From NCBI GenBank assembly GCA_964187785.1, contig OZ076412.1:39928001-39992000 (forward strand): a DNA stretch of 64,000 nucleotides, written 5' to 3'. Position numbers and translations under genes: made by a program. Below are positions 13,060 through 26,321 of the stretch, in pieces; the first letter of the stretch is position 1, and each line of letters opens with the position of its first letter. The notes beneath the pieces were generated by a model. It had not been told where the DNA came from, searched no databases, and worked only from the letters and a program-made list of their open reading frames with translations. This stretch comes from Amphiscolops sp. MND2022 (lineage: Eukaryota).

Positions 13060-13648
13060 TTAACCCTAAATGGACCATGGTACGATTTCGTACCAGTTAA
13101 ATTCTGCAAACTTCTAAAAGCACCAGCTGACCGTATCATGAAGGAAACTCTTGAATACAGATTTTCAGACGATTTTACATAGCATTGCACGCCATTTCAC
13201 GGAATATTGACAAGATGTCTCCGAAATCATGAAAACTGGACCAAAAAATCTGAAAAAAATTGAGCGTAGATTTTCCGTTTTTCCACTTCTTGTGTCTTGC
13301 CCTTTTATCCCACAGTTATCAAGATTGAGTCAGTGACCCTAGCATGTGTTGAAACATGCTGAAAGGCAATTAGACACCAGAGGCGTGCAAAGTTTTGGCG
13401 CATAGTCCGGAGCCAGTGCAAATTTCCGGAGCCAGGCGCAAAGGCCAAAGCAAATTTTGCGAGCAAGGGGCCCGCGTTAGCGGGCTCTAGCCCAACAGTT
13501 CAAAAACCAAATCGAAAGCCCTGATTGTCTTCTTTCGAACGCGCCATGAATCGTTCGTCGGACTTGAATAGTTTAGGAGATATTGCGAGTTTCAAGAGTT
13601 TTAGCGTTTTGGATGGATGCGGAAATGTCCTGGTCCATTTAGGGTCAA
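13060..13648 (-). mobile_element. piggyBac-type MITE, copy 2 (inverted relative to copy 1)
   Basis: TTAA|CCCTAAATGGACCA ... TGGTCCATTTAGGG|TCAA: a 14-bp perfect TIR, with one target-site copy mutated. The internal sequence is the reverse complement of 2483-3047. Confidence 0.85.
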
Positions 13649-15339
13649 CATTGATTGTTAGCAGAAACAAAAAAGTCATGAAACTTCAAAATTTATTTAT
13701 CAAAAAAATTTATTCTGTTGATTTTGACTATTTGCAGCCAAATTTCACGCGAATATTCCTTTTTCATAGCACAAAAAGAGAACTAGCGAATCTGTCATAG
13801 GCAAATGACCACCCAAAATCATCGGCAACCCAACAAAAATGGTCGAATTCTTTTTCCCAGAAACGAGTGACTGCCAGAATTTGATATTGATCCAAAATTA
13901 AAACTAATGTTGTTTAAGAAATTGGTGCACAATAAAGATTATAATGAGAGCAAATAGCAGTTGATGAAAGTGATGAACACTAAAATTATTGGGTGGGAGA
14001 CAAAAATGATTTTCGGCATTGTTTATTTTCAACTTTTCATGAAAGGTGTTGAGAAAAAACTGGGGCGCAGGCAGGGGTGTAAAAATATATTACAAATAAA
14101 AATGTAGGAAATAAATACAAAATATCTATATATTTCTGGAGGCTCAAGGAAACCATGGTTACATAACAATATATGGTAAAAAATTTCTCCTTGCACGAAA
14201 TGCACTATTGAATTGAACATTTAAAATGAGGACAATTGTTTTTTTGCTGCTTACTCCGAGTGAAATTCTATATTTAAAGATTTAATTGGAGGAACTTGCT
14301 ATGTATGTTCAAAGATGCTCTAAGCATGTAAATCTGCACAGGCTGTTTACCCTCACAGACTATCAAAAAAGAACTTTACCTGATTTTCGAAAGTTTCGAC
14401 TTCCTCAGTACAAAACGCCATCTCCGATTTAATAATTTTGTATATGAAAACAAAAAATTTCTACAATAAAATTTTCCAAGAATATTTGGTTTTTACAAGG
14501 CTGGGAAAATGACTACAATATATTCATTCATGTGTAGAGAAGGAAACAACAATATTTTATTCATCTTTAAATATATGGTTAAATACAAAATTTTACACCC
14601 CTGGTTACAGTTATATTTGCATAATTCCCGAAATTTTTCCAATATGTTTTAGAAGCATACTTCCTACATACAGATAGATTTCAGGAAACACAGAATTTTA
14701 AAAAGTCCAGAGGGATACTGTAAAAAGTTCTTTCACCGCGGAAACTAAAACTAAGTTCCAATTCTCGGAACAATCTAAATTTTGGATTTAGCAAGAAAAA
14801 TTAAACCTAATGGATGGATAAAGCATAAATTGGATTAAAAAGTCTCGTTTGAGGAAAAAAGAATATGTAATAATGGCATTCCGACTCACTCTTTTCCAGC
14901 TTGCAATAAACTACTATTTGTCATAGGAGAGAATACGGAGAGTTTTAGGGAAACGAAAGAACTATTGAACCTGAAGTTTTGTTTGACGTCCGCAACACCC
15001 GGACAAAAAGCGTAACAATTCATCAGTCAGGTGTAGAACCCCAATTATAAAATGCGAAAGACGCTTACTCGTGTTACTCATTGAAAGAGAAACTGTCCAT
15101 GCAGTCCATAGAGAAAAAAATCCATCCATTATCAAATAGCAACAAATCATATCATCATTTAAACGAAACGCTCTAAAAAGCTAATCAAATTGCAAACTGA
15201 AACCAAGGCAAATTAAACGTCAAAACAGTATTCTAAATAATGTAGTAATTAGCGAAGGTGGTTGTTTTCATGGTTGAACATAATGTTTCTAAGTTGCTCG
15301 TTGGCTTTACATAACTTGTAGCTTGTGCGGCTAGTATTC

Positions 15340-16050
15340 GGACTATTTTGGCACGTCTCGTTTTGTTCTCGTCTAAGAAATGACAAAAATTTACCCAAGT
15401 GAAACCAGCAACTGTCATCTCATGTCTCTTGAGATGCAGTAAATACTGGTTGCAGGTAGTTACGTTGAACATGTGCAAAGAATCGGCGCCCTAACCTGCC
15501 ATAAAATCCCAGCCACATGTTTTCGTGACATTCGGGGAAGGACATCAAAAGGTTTCCTGAATCTTACAAAACTCGAGGAGTACATACTGCCCACAAGTAT
15601 CAAAGCCAGAGACTCCAAGCTTTAACTTTCTCCTTCTAGAGGACTTCTGATCCGAGATCCTGAATCTTTCTCAAAATTGCTTGCGTGAAATGCATGAAGC
15701 AAGCAACCCTTTACCTCTGTGGATGGCAGACTATTTTTGAACGAATTGACTGAAGACAGTACGAAATCAGTGATAACTCTTCGTGGTGAAATTTGTGGAT
15801 CAAGCTCTTTTGGGAGTCTTTTCTGGCATCGATTTATTCTTTTGGTGTTTTTAATTTGATGATATTGATTGTAATGTTGCCAGATAAATTAATTTATTAT
15901 TATTATTATTATTTGAGTGCTGAAAGTCTTTATGAATGGCCGTGCTCTTACTGGTCAGCAGCATAAAAACTATGTTTTGTAAAGTTTGTAAAAATTGGTT
16001 GATTGCAAACCCAGTGATATTCACTACAAGCACCCAAAGCTCGATAATTG
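15340..16050 (-). pseudogene. Mutator-like (MULE) transposase relic
   Basis: Frameshifted translation gives RVITDFVLSSVNSFKNSLPSTEVKGC (15780-15700), then HFTQAILRKIQDLG, then HLGKFLSFLRREQ (~15400-15361). These resemble the MULE TDFE...GC.FH..Q...RKIQ.LG and FI..L..EQ blocks. An (ATT)n tract interrupts it near 15895. Confidence 0.65.
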
Positions 16051-16139
16051 AAGTTTGTATTTTGAGTGAAGAATAAGCGACATGCAATGACCTTTAAGGG
16101 AATACCCAAATCGTCGAAATTCTGAACAGCCGAAAATGA

Positions 16140-19040
16140 GAAATTGATCCCAAACAGCAGAAAATTTCTTACTCGTTCATTCTGATTGGTGGAAATTTAA
16201 AATGTGCAAAGGATATTGTCGAAATTATGTAGTCAGCCTAGATAACATACTTCTAGCGCCCTAACTGCGGCAGTGAAGTGGCGTGTCTTAAATTTGACGA
16301 GTCCAGTTTACACGAAGGCCGAACTGGAGGGGCACGAAGGTCGAGTCATACAATCCATTACAGAAAATATGACTCGCATAAAAATAAATCCTTTATATTT
16401 CGTGACAGCTTCTTTCTTTTGGGCGTTTTTCCCGAATGCGTTTTTTCTTTGGACGTTTTTATTCGGCGCTTCATGAAATAAAACGCGGCTATTGTAGTGC
16501 CTTTTCGTTGGTTTTGATTTTTTTTCAACCCTGTCGAAGTAACCATAAAAGTTCTTTTGAAATATACAGACACGCAGAAATATACAGACACAGGGAACGC
16601 ATACAGACACAATGTAATACACATCCAATTTTCAAACAGCAGAATACTTGTTTATGCTGTAATCTGATTGGCCAAAATTTGAAATCGAATTTAATGCACT
16701 AAGCTGAAAACGCGTGTCTGCTTTTGTCGGAATTATTATCATAACGTAGTCAGCTATGTTCACATTTCCCTAGACGCAGGAGCGAAGCGTAGCGACGTGC
16801 CAGATGGCCATGCCTCAATGTTGCTACTTGGCGAAGGGAGCGAAGCGACCGAGCTATACAACAATTATGCTAACCTCTTCAAATAAATCAATTCCGCTAT
16901 ATGAATAGTCACCAGAAATTAGATTTAGATGTGTATTACATTACGTCTGTAGTAGTTGACTCGTTAGCAATGAATCTAATAGGCTTAATTATTGGACATT
17001 ATCCATCAAAACGTAAAATTCAGCATATTTGGTTTCAGAAATGTATGGAAATGAAAGCAACCTAATGAAATATTTATATAACTAATTGTGATCCATTAGC
17101 CAAAATTAGTTTAGGTCGAAACTGTGGAAGGATGAAATTTTGAGCGGTTGAAATTGCATAGGATGTCCTGATCCATCAATTTCGCAGTTCCGATAAATAC
17201 CCCAACGGATACGCATAAGATTCAAAAACAACTTTTTCCCAACTGGAAAAACAAAAAACGCATTTTTAGGAGTCGGAAAAAAATTGACTACTTATGCACT
17301 AGTACCTTCTTTCTCCCGACTTTTCAATGAAACGTACAAATTTCTGAAAAACTGTCGGTACGATGTTTATAAACTTTAGCACAGTCATTCTACACCCAAA
17401 GGGGTGCTCCTGCGTGCGCAATGACATCAAAATCGTATGACTGGGATCTGAGAAAGATAGCTAAAATTAGTCCGAAAATGACCAAATGACAAAGTACGTA
17501 ATGTGTTTTTCAATATTTTAATCAGTTTCCGACTCCTTTACCGCACATGCGGCTCTGGTTGCAGCTAGATTTTCAAAGATTTTTCCAGCTGCAGAAAAGT
17601 AGATTTTTCGTAGGCGCTTTTCTTGAGAAAAGAGTCGACTATAGTCATGGCTTTTCGTCAGTGTTTCTTTTTCGATGCACCTGAAGTGACCAAAATAGTT
17701 CTACCAAAAGTTCTACAAACTTTCAAGACGCCAAATTGTACCTGTTGGCCCAAGGAACTGAACCAAAAAGGTTTCCCACGTAACATACAATACCGGACGA
17801 TACTAAAGAGTCCCCTTTCAGATTTTTCGGCATTGAGAGACTTGTTTTTGGAAAAAAATCCCCGAAAAGCCCCCTTCAATTTTTTCGGGGTTTTACGACA
17901 GAATGGATGTTGAAAAATCCCAAACGGTCCTCCTTTTCAGTTTTTTGCGGCATTGAGACTTTTTTCACAAAATTTTCGGGCGCTGTAGAAGAGAATACTT
18001 TGACACTTTGAAGCCCTTTTGCTATTTTCAAGCCTTAGATCTGGCGCCGACTTGGGCCGGTCCCGGCTTGTTTCATCTTGGCTGAGGCAAAGCACTTTGT
18101 CAACATACTGTATTAGTTTGTTGTTGTTCATGAATACAAAAATGACTGAGATACAGATCATTCGATTGTAGCCATATTGAATGGAGGACTTCACACATCA
18201 AATTTGCCCGGTAGCGGTATCGGAGTTCCACAAATTGATTCGATACAATTTTCAGTAATTCATATCATTTCTAGTGATTCAGTAGTTCATAAGTTACAGT
18301 GCACAGTAATACGTTTTTTAATGAAACTTACAGTAAATTGGAATGGCATTGAAAATGATTGATAAGTTTTTCAAATACAGCTACTGTTTTTCAAATACAG
18401 CAACAGTTTTGTTTACTCAGGATTACAGCTAGTGTTTTAAGAAAAAACAGAACCAATCAGATCACAGCAAAAATTCTGCTATTTGAAAATTAGATGTGTA
18501 CAGTGTATGACGCTGAAAATTTATTAAACTACATTCAAAATATAAGATCCCATCAGGTGACAGATTGAATTTTCTAAATAGACGTTCAAAATTCCAAAAT
18601 CTACATTGAATTTTTGTAATGCCTCCGCAGACACTGCTCGCATACAGCGTGTAATTGAGATTGAAAGTTTGCGCCGCTATGCGAAGCAGCATTTTCATTC
18701 TTTCTATCTCTTCAGGAGCATGATAAAAGCATATGCTAATCTTGAAAAGTTGATTGTCTATTTCATTTAATTATCCAATCACAGACAATCTGCTGCCGAG
18801 CGGTTTAAATTTTGAATGTCCGTCCGTTCATTAAATTTTCAGTGTCATACACTTTTACATTATGTATGTATGACGTTCCCCTTACTAACTATTGTAATGA
18901 AAAAACACCTCAACCGAAGTAGAACTAATTAGTAAGAATTAGTTTAGGTTGGAATTGCGGAAGGTTGAAAATGCAATAGGTTGAAATTGTCAACGGTTGA
19001 AAGTGCATAGTATGAAATTGCATAGGGCGACATGACATGT
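16140..19040. repeat. Mosaic of old dispersed repeat fragments
   Basis: 16619-16672 (acacatccaattttcaaacagcagaat...tctgattgg) is an inverted copy of 18453-18499, with a third partial copy near 16150. attagtttaggt...gaaattgcatagg occurs at ~17107 and ~18938. ggagcgaagcg occurs twice near 16780-16850. Confidence 0.4.
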
Positions 19041-20086
19041 AGTCAATTTTAACAATAGTGTCCTTTGCATACATAAGAAACTTGATTATTTCAAACTCGA
19101 ACGGAGCGCTGACTTGGGCTGCTCCCGGCTTCTTTATATTGTATTGTGTTTCGAGTTCAGCTTGTGTTGGTTTTTATTATCATTTATTTTTTATTGTCAT
19201 TTATATGATGTTGACACACTTCAGTTTTTGCAGGATCTTGAGCGAAAGGAGTGCTAAATTTATTCTCAATTGTGGAAAATAAAATATCCGTATAAATCTC
19301 GACCTTAAGAATGAACACCCGTGTCATCTGACCCTTTTCTCAGCGAGTTTTGGTCTAGAAGACTACAGCCAATCAAAAATCATCGAACAAATGTAACAAA
19401 TGACCTTGTGCAAGTATCAACCTTTTGGTATCATGCGGGCGTTTCAAACTTCACACAAGTGCCCACTGATTTCAAAGCACAAAAGGAATTAAAACTAGCA
19501 AAAAGACTTGATTTCCCAAGGCAGATCGGATAGATAAAATCAAAGGTTGCCCTCCAATAAGGGTCTAGATAAAGGACCCGGTCTCATGGAAAATGTAATG
19601 ACGTTGTTACGGAAAAAAGTTCCTCAATGCGGAATAGCAGCCCGATAGCTTGATAAAAAAAACTGGCAGAACAAAAATTGCATTCCGACGTTCCATTAGC
19701 TGCGGAAGTTATCAAGGACTTGAAAAACAGCAAAAATAACACAGAAGCATTTCACATGAAACATCAAAAAGTTATTTGAACAAAGCATACATACTCGATT
19801 CCACCTTACGTTTCTGATTTTTTGGATTCTTGTTGAATTTGGTGCTAAGCTTCGTTATTTTTGCTGTTTTTCATATTCTTAATAATGTCAGCAGATGGTC
19901 GGAAATTTAATTTTTATTTCGCCAGTCTTTTTAATCAGTTTTTTCGAAAACGTTACAAAATGTACTCGAGTCACGTTTATACTGTTTATACTTATAAAAT
20001 CTAGTAATTCGAAAAGTACACTGAAACTTTCGAAATTCCCTCAAGTTTCATTGCCTTACTATTGTTCTTGCACAGCTAAAAATTGT

Positions 20087-20246
20087 TCATTCAGAATGCT
20101 CTAATTCTCGAGACTTTTTAACATAGTATTGGCAGAAAAGATGAAAGAAAGAGTTTCTCTGAGCAAGACAGTTGACGTACTTCAGAAACAGTTTAGTCTG
20201 ACAATCGGCATACACAAGAGTGGCTCTATTGTCACTAGGTGACACC
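20087..20246 (-). CDS. OGFOD1: OGFOD1/Tpa1-like prolyl hydroxylase, terminal exon
   Basis: Acceptor tctctgtcgacag|G at 20247/20246. It reads (R)VSPSDNRATLVYADCQTKLFLKYVNCLAQRNSFFHLFCQYYVKKSRELEHSE*, matching the OGFOD1 C-terminal pattern V.P..N.L.LVY.D..T..F.K..N...F....YY as I recall it. Not in the ORF track. Confidence 0.8.
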
Positions 20247-20708
20247 CTGTCGACAGAGATGACCATTAAATATATTTCTATCTATTTCATGTAAGTATAC
20301 CAATTATTCGAAAAAACAGCCAAGAAAAACCATTCATTTGATTCGGTCTAAAAACGATTCTTTCAAACAAAAACTGAAATTTTGAAATCACATCCAATGT
20401 CTAAGTTTAGTATGTTTCATTATTGCAGTATCGTTCAAATTCCTTAACAATAGTAGAATCTATTTCAATTTCGCCCATTTAGCGTTCATCTTTTAACAAT
20501 TAGGTTAGTTGCCTGATCCGTTATTATTGCACTATTTCTAATCGCTGCCGTTGTTAGTTGTACGCTGAGGGTACCGGAATGTTAAGTATGGTGTAATCCG
20601 GGAATGATATTTATAAAACGTTAACCCAGTGGAATCATTTGCGCTTATATTTCTCTTCATATAACATTAAAAATTGCATGGAAGGATTTATAGAATGGTC
20701 ATCAATGC

Positions 20709-20910
20709 CTTTGAATTTCTTCCCCCTCTTCGTCGACATATACCAAATAACCTCCCCATTCCTCGTCCCATTCTTGTCCCCGGGGCAGGAAAAATGCATG
20801 AAAGTCTAACCGGTATTCGACTTCATCGTTGTCAACGTGATTCGAGGAGGCAGAGTCTTTTGAATGCGTTTCTTTAGAGTCAGAGAGTAAAGAAAAACAA
20901 CCACGCTCAA
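20709..20910 (-). CDS. OGFOD1: OGFOD1/Tpa1-like prolyl hydroxylase, penultimate exon (C-terminal degenerate DSBH domain)
   Basis: Pyrimidine-rich acceptor cttttctctgtacttttgaactccgactag|TT at 20911/20910. The 202-nt exon reads ERGCFSLLSD...EVEYRLDFHAFFLPRGQEWDEEWGGYLVYVDEEGEEIQ, resembling OGFOD1 G.YTL..D...E..LD...W..E.GG...Y. It ends CAAAG|GCATTG (GC donor, phase 2). Confidence 0.8.
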
Positions 20911-20959
20911 CTAGTCGGAGTTCAAAAGTACAGAGAAAAGTTCTGAAACAAACAAATAA

Positions 20960-23900
20960 ATTGTTATAATTTCCAGCTAAGGGAAAAAACTTGCCCAAAA
21001 AATTCAAAACCATTTCATGTCTAAGCATCGCTAGCGAATGTTGAAAGACTTTCCCGAAGGTTTTGTTTGGCATGGCCAATAGCCGGAACCAACACTCTGA
21101 TGAAGCGGATAAAATTTTCGAGAATCAAGGTTAATTGGCCAAGCATTGGCCCCCAAAGGGAAAGAATCTTTGCCAAACGTGGCATGGCATGTCACTGAAC
21201 AATTTATGTAAGGGAAAAAATTCAATGAAAGTTTGAAAGTCAAACCAGGCGAAATGGAAATACTGCTAAGGCACGACGTTGTCAGTAATAGCATTCCAAA
21301 GCATCCGTATCAGGCTACAGAGTCCTTGTCAATGCACGAATTTAAAGAAGAGGTGCAAAAAATTCAGTGGAAAGGAGTTGTTGGATTTTCTTAGATGCCA
21401 AGAAAAGATGTGCAAACAAACCTAAATTGGGACGATTTAGCCAAGTTTGGCTTTATAAAGCTGTAGCCGATTCTGTCAAAGCGATACCGGGATATTTTGA
21501 AAAATGAAATTCATTTGGATCCCAAGCTGGAGCTTCATATGGCGAAGCGTGTGTTATTCAGCGAAGGTGTAGACAGCCTTATGATATGCAGACGGAACAT
21601 AAAAGTAGAAAAATTGTTGAGATACTATTTTGGTGAACATACTGTGGGTTCTTGTATTTTGATACTTTTACAGTTTTCAGCGATTTAAGCGAAACCAGTG
21701 AAAGTGCAGCAGTGTTTTGTTATTGTTCTTTTAGATACGCGAAGTTTATGTTGATACTGAATTTTGTTTTAGTTTGTTTTAAATCATGTTACACATCGTG
21801 GCTATGAGAACGTCAATTTTATTTCAAGTCTAACCTAACTTAAGAATTTTCTCTACCGCAATATCTCCCTGAAGCAGTGCAGGCGTTCTTCTTGTCGATG
21901 TAAAAATGTTGAGTGTACCAGCGGTTGAGTTGATGAGAAATGTGGTTTTTAAAATGAAAAATGTCCTAAGATCCAACTTTTTGGGGTTGTAAATAAGCAA
22001 TGGAATATTACTTTAGACATCATTTTCTGGTACTGAAAGAATTGCTACGTGTAAAAGAAAGTCATAAACAATCAGGAAAATTGTTTTCGGTATGGGATAG
22101 CACCTCCGTAATTATTGTTACAAACGATTATTGAATGGGTAACCAGGTATTGTTGTTACTTAAAATAATTCAATTGCAAGTATATGGGTGTTCTAAGAGA
22201 TGTAGCAAAACTGAAATGCGCCTCTGTGTTCTGTCTAAAATAGTTTATAAATGCATCGAGGATTTTACCAACTTCGCTGTTTATTGTGATGTGTGATGAA
22301 AGTTTCCTGATGAATTCAATCGTTACTTTTTGCAGTGGATAATCGATACATCCCCTGTAGGTTTTGTCACCGCTCGACAGATCTTTGATGGGAGTTTTGA
22401 AATACTTTTGCACTGCTTTGAAACGTTGCTGCGGTTATTTATCAAACCTCAATGTTTCATGCAGCATGTTGATAGGCTCCTTTATAGTATTCGACAGCCA
22501 TGAGTTAAAAACATCAAATTTTACCGTGTTATCATTACATTAGGTCAAAGCCAACAATCCCTGTCTCTCTCAAAAAATCACTCCCTCTCATATCGCATGT
22601 TATATTATAAATTGTTAAGCTTCAATAATATTAAGAACCTATGTCCAGTGCATAAAACCAGTGATCTCTAGTTTTAATATTGCATTCGAGCACATATCCA
22701 AATTTGAATAATACAAGAATTGCGAATGACAAAATCACATTTTTTTCTGTGAAATTTGACAGTTGACGCAAATGAATCAGTCTTTTATGTTGTAATAAAT
22801 GACTACTACTGAAAACCCTTGCCTTATTCAACATCGTTTAATTTGGAAAGTTCATCATGAAGAATTGGTTTTGGTCGCTGATTTCCTAAAAACAGCAAAG
22901 TTGATTTACAGAAGTCCCAAAATCGAGTCAAATTCATCGACATGGGTTGAGATGTAATGAATGCAAACATGTTGCGTAGCTGAAGATTATATAGGTATGC
23001 GGCCGTGTCGATTAAAATTTTGTGGAGTTCACATTACTACAATTGTCCAAAACACGTTGAAATTTCAATTATATGTACCAAAAACTTATTTCTGCTGAAG
23101 ATACAGAAATGGTCGCATTGTTCAAATTGCTGAAGTCATACACCCAAATGTCGTGAGATTTGCCGGCGTAATTCTGATAGCAGACAGGCCTTTACAAACT
23201 TCTCGCCTCAGCGGTTTGCGATCCAAAAAAACCTTTATGGATTCGAATTATGACAATGGTTGTAATTGTGAACTTACAACCGTGTAATTGCTTGGCCATA
23301 ACCACAAGGACTTCAACTTTTGCGAACAGCTCGCCAAACTGTTGGTTGCATAGTTAATGTACATGAGTAGTATTCACTGGGCTTTGCTTGGGCAATGGCC
23401 GCAGCAACCCAATTTTCGAAGTGTACAGAAGTCTAGAGGTCATTGAAGGCGTTGTACCGAACCCTCCAATTTCCTATAGTAACTAACCCTCTAACAACAG
23501 CGCTCACGAAATTCAACATGAACAAGGTAACACTGAGTTTTCGAGTCAACATTGTGTCTCCCACTTGCAGTGGGTTTTTACTCGACCGACGTATGAGCAA
23601 GTCAACGAACTGTCCTTGTGTTCAGAAGTCTGCGGTTTCTTCTTGGGCACTATCCTGACACAATTTTCACGAGACATTGCTAATTTGGACGATGATCCAT
23701 TCTCGAGAAAACTTCAATGTTCCAGCTTTTGGAAATCTACGAAATAGGCAATCTCGCTTCACATGGTAGTCAAATTCAATTGCAAAATCTGAGAAATGCT
23801 GAGACACGAGTCGTTGATTATGTGAATGAGAACGGTGGCTGGAATGTAGCAGGATATTTTAAAAGTGGCCTGTCGGATATTTATAATACATTGTTACAGT

Positions 23901-26321
23901 GTCCAGCTAATGAGAATAATTTGCCCAAAAATTCAAAACCCTTTCATGTCTAAGAATCGCTAGCGAATGTTGAAAGTCTTCCCCGAAGGTTCTGTTTGGC
24001 ATGGCCCAATAGCCGTAACCAACACTCTGGTGAAGCGCTTAAAATTTTCGAGAATCAAGGTTAATTGGCCAAGCATTGGCCTCATAAGATTAGAATCTTT
24101 GCCAAACGTGGCATGGCATGTCACTGAACAATTTATGTAAGGAAAAAAAATTTCAATGAAAGTTTGAAAGTCAAACCAGGCGAAATGGAAATCCTGGTAT
24201 GGCACGACGTTGTCAGTAATAGCATTCCAAAGCATCTGTATCAGGCTACAGAGCCCTTGTCAATGCACGAATTTAAAGAAGAGGTGCGAAAAATTCAGTG
24301 GAAAGGAGTTGTTGGATTTTCCTAGATGCCAAGAAAAGATGTGCAAACAAACCTAAATTGGGACGATTTAGCCGAGTTTGGCTTTATAAAGCTGTAGCCG
24401 ATTCTGTCAAAGCGATAACGAGATATTTTGAAAAATGAAAATCATTTGGATCCCAAGCTGAAGCTCCATATGGCGAAGCGTGTGTTATTCAGCGAAGGTG
24501 TAGACAGCCTTATGATATGCAGACGAAACATAAAAGTAGAAAAATTGTTGATACTATTTTGGTGAACATACTGTGGGTTCTTGTAGTATTTTGATACTTT
24601 TACAGTTTTTAGCGATTTAAGCGAAACCAGTGAAAGTGCAGCAGTGTTTTGTTATTGTTCTTTCAGATACGCGAAGTTTATGTTAATACTGAATTTTGTT
24701 TTAGTTTACTTTAAATCATGTTACACATCTTGGCTATGAGAACGTCAATTTTATTTCAAGTCTAACCTAACTTAACAAGAATTTTCTCTACCGCAATATC
24801 TCCCTGAATCAGTGCAGGCGTTCTTCTTGTCGATGTAAAAATGTTGAGTGTACCAGCGGTTGAGTTGATGAGAAATGTGGTTTTTAAAATGAAAAATGTC
24901 CTAAGATCCAACTTTTTGGGGTTGTAAATAAGCAATGGAATATTACTTTAGACATCATTTTCTGGTACTGAAAGAATTGCTACGTGTAAAAGAAAGTCAT
25001 AAACAATCAGGAAAATTGTTTTCGGTATGGGATAGCACCTCCGTAATTATTGTTACCAACGATTATTGAATGGGTAACCAGGTATTGTTGTTACTTAAAA
25101 TAATTCAATTGCAAGTATATGGGTGTTCTAAGAGATGTAGCAAAACTGAAATGCGCCTCTGTGTTCTGTCTAAAATAGTTTATAAATGCATCGAGGATTT
25201 TACCAACTTCGCTGTTTATTGTGATGTGTGATGAAAGTTTCCTGATGAATTCAATCGTTACTTTTTGCAGTGGATAATCGATACATCCCCTGTAGGTTTT
25301 GTCACCGCTCGACAGATCTTTGATGGGAGTTTTGAAATACTTTTGCACTGCTTTGAAACGTTGCTGCGGTTATTTATCAAACCTCAATGTTTCATGCAGC
25401 ATGTTGATAGGCTCCTTTATAGTATTCGACAGCCATGAGTTAAAAACATCAAATTTTACCGTGTTATCATTACATTAGGTCAAGGCCAACAATCCCTGTC
25501 CTTCTCAAAATATCACTCCCTCTCATATCGCATGTTATATTATAAATTGTTAAGCTTCAATAATATTAAGAACCTATGTTCAATGTATGAAACCAGTGAT
25601 CTCTCGTTTTACTAATGCATTCGAGCACATATCCAATTTTGAACCAGGCAAGAATTGCGAATGACAAAATCACATTTTTTCTGTGGAATTTGACAGTTGA
25701 CGCAAAAGAATCAGTCTTTTATGTTGTAATAAATGACTACTATTGAAAACCCCTGCCTTATTCAACATCGTTTAATTTGGAAAGTTCATCATGAAGAATT
25801 GGTTTTGGTCGCTGATTCCCTTTAAACAGCAAAGTTGATTTACAGAAGTCCCAAAATCGAGTCAAATTCATCGACATGGGTTGAGATGTAATGAATGCAA
25901 ACATGTTGCGTAGCTGAAGATGATATAGGTATGCGGCCGTGTCTATTGAATTTTTGAGGAGTTTACAGTATAACAATCGTCCAAAACATGTTGAATATTC
26001 AATTATACGTATCAAAAACTCATTTCTGCACAAGATACAAAAATAGCAGCATTGTTCAAATTGCTGAAGTCATACACCCAATTTTCGTGAGAATTGCCGG
26101 CGTAATTTTGATAGCAGACAGGCCTTCTCGCCTCAGCGGTTTGCGATCCAAAAAAACCTTTATGGATTCGAATTATGACAATGGTTGTAATTGTGAACTT
26201 ACAACCTTGTAATTGCTTCGCCATAATCACAAGGACTTCACAGGAGTCGCCTCAACTTTTGCGAACGACTGGCCTAACTGTTGGTTGCATAGTTAATGTA
26301 CATGAGTAGTATTCACTGGGC
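20960..26321 (+). repeat. Left-edge long units (~2.93-kb period), without the OTU module
   Basis: ttgtta...ccagctaa at 20961 and 23891. The identical minus ORF MQKYFKTPIK at 22156 and 25091 gives a period of 2935. Confidence 0.9.

Noticed and set aside
3073-19533. Assorted 60-110 aa ORFs in intron 2 and the intergenic region
   Set aside because: They are Phe/Lys-rich translations of A/T-tract repeats, with no domains or splice support.
20702-21079. 125-aa minus ORF as a single-exon gene
   Set aside because: Only 20709-20910 is OGFOD1-like. The N-terminal part is antisense array sequence.
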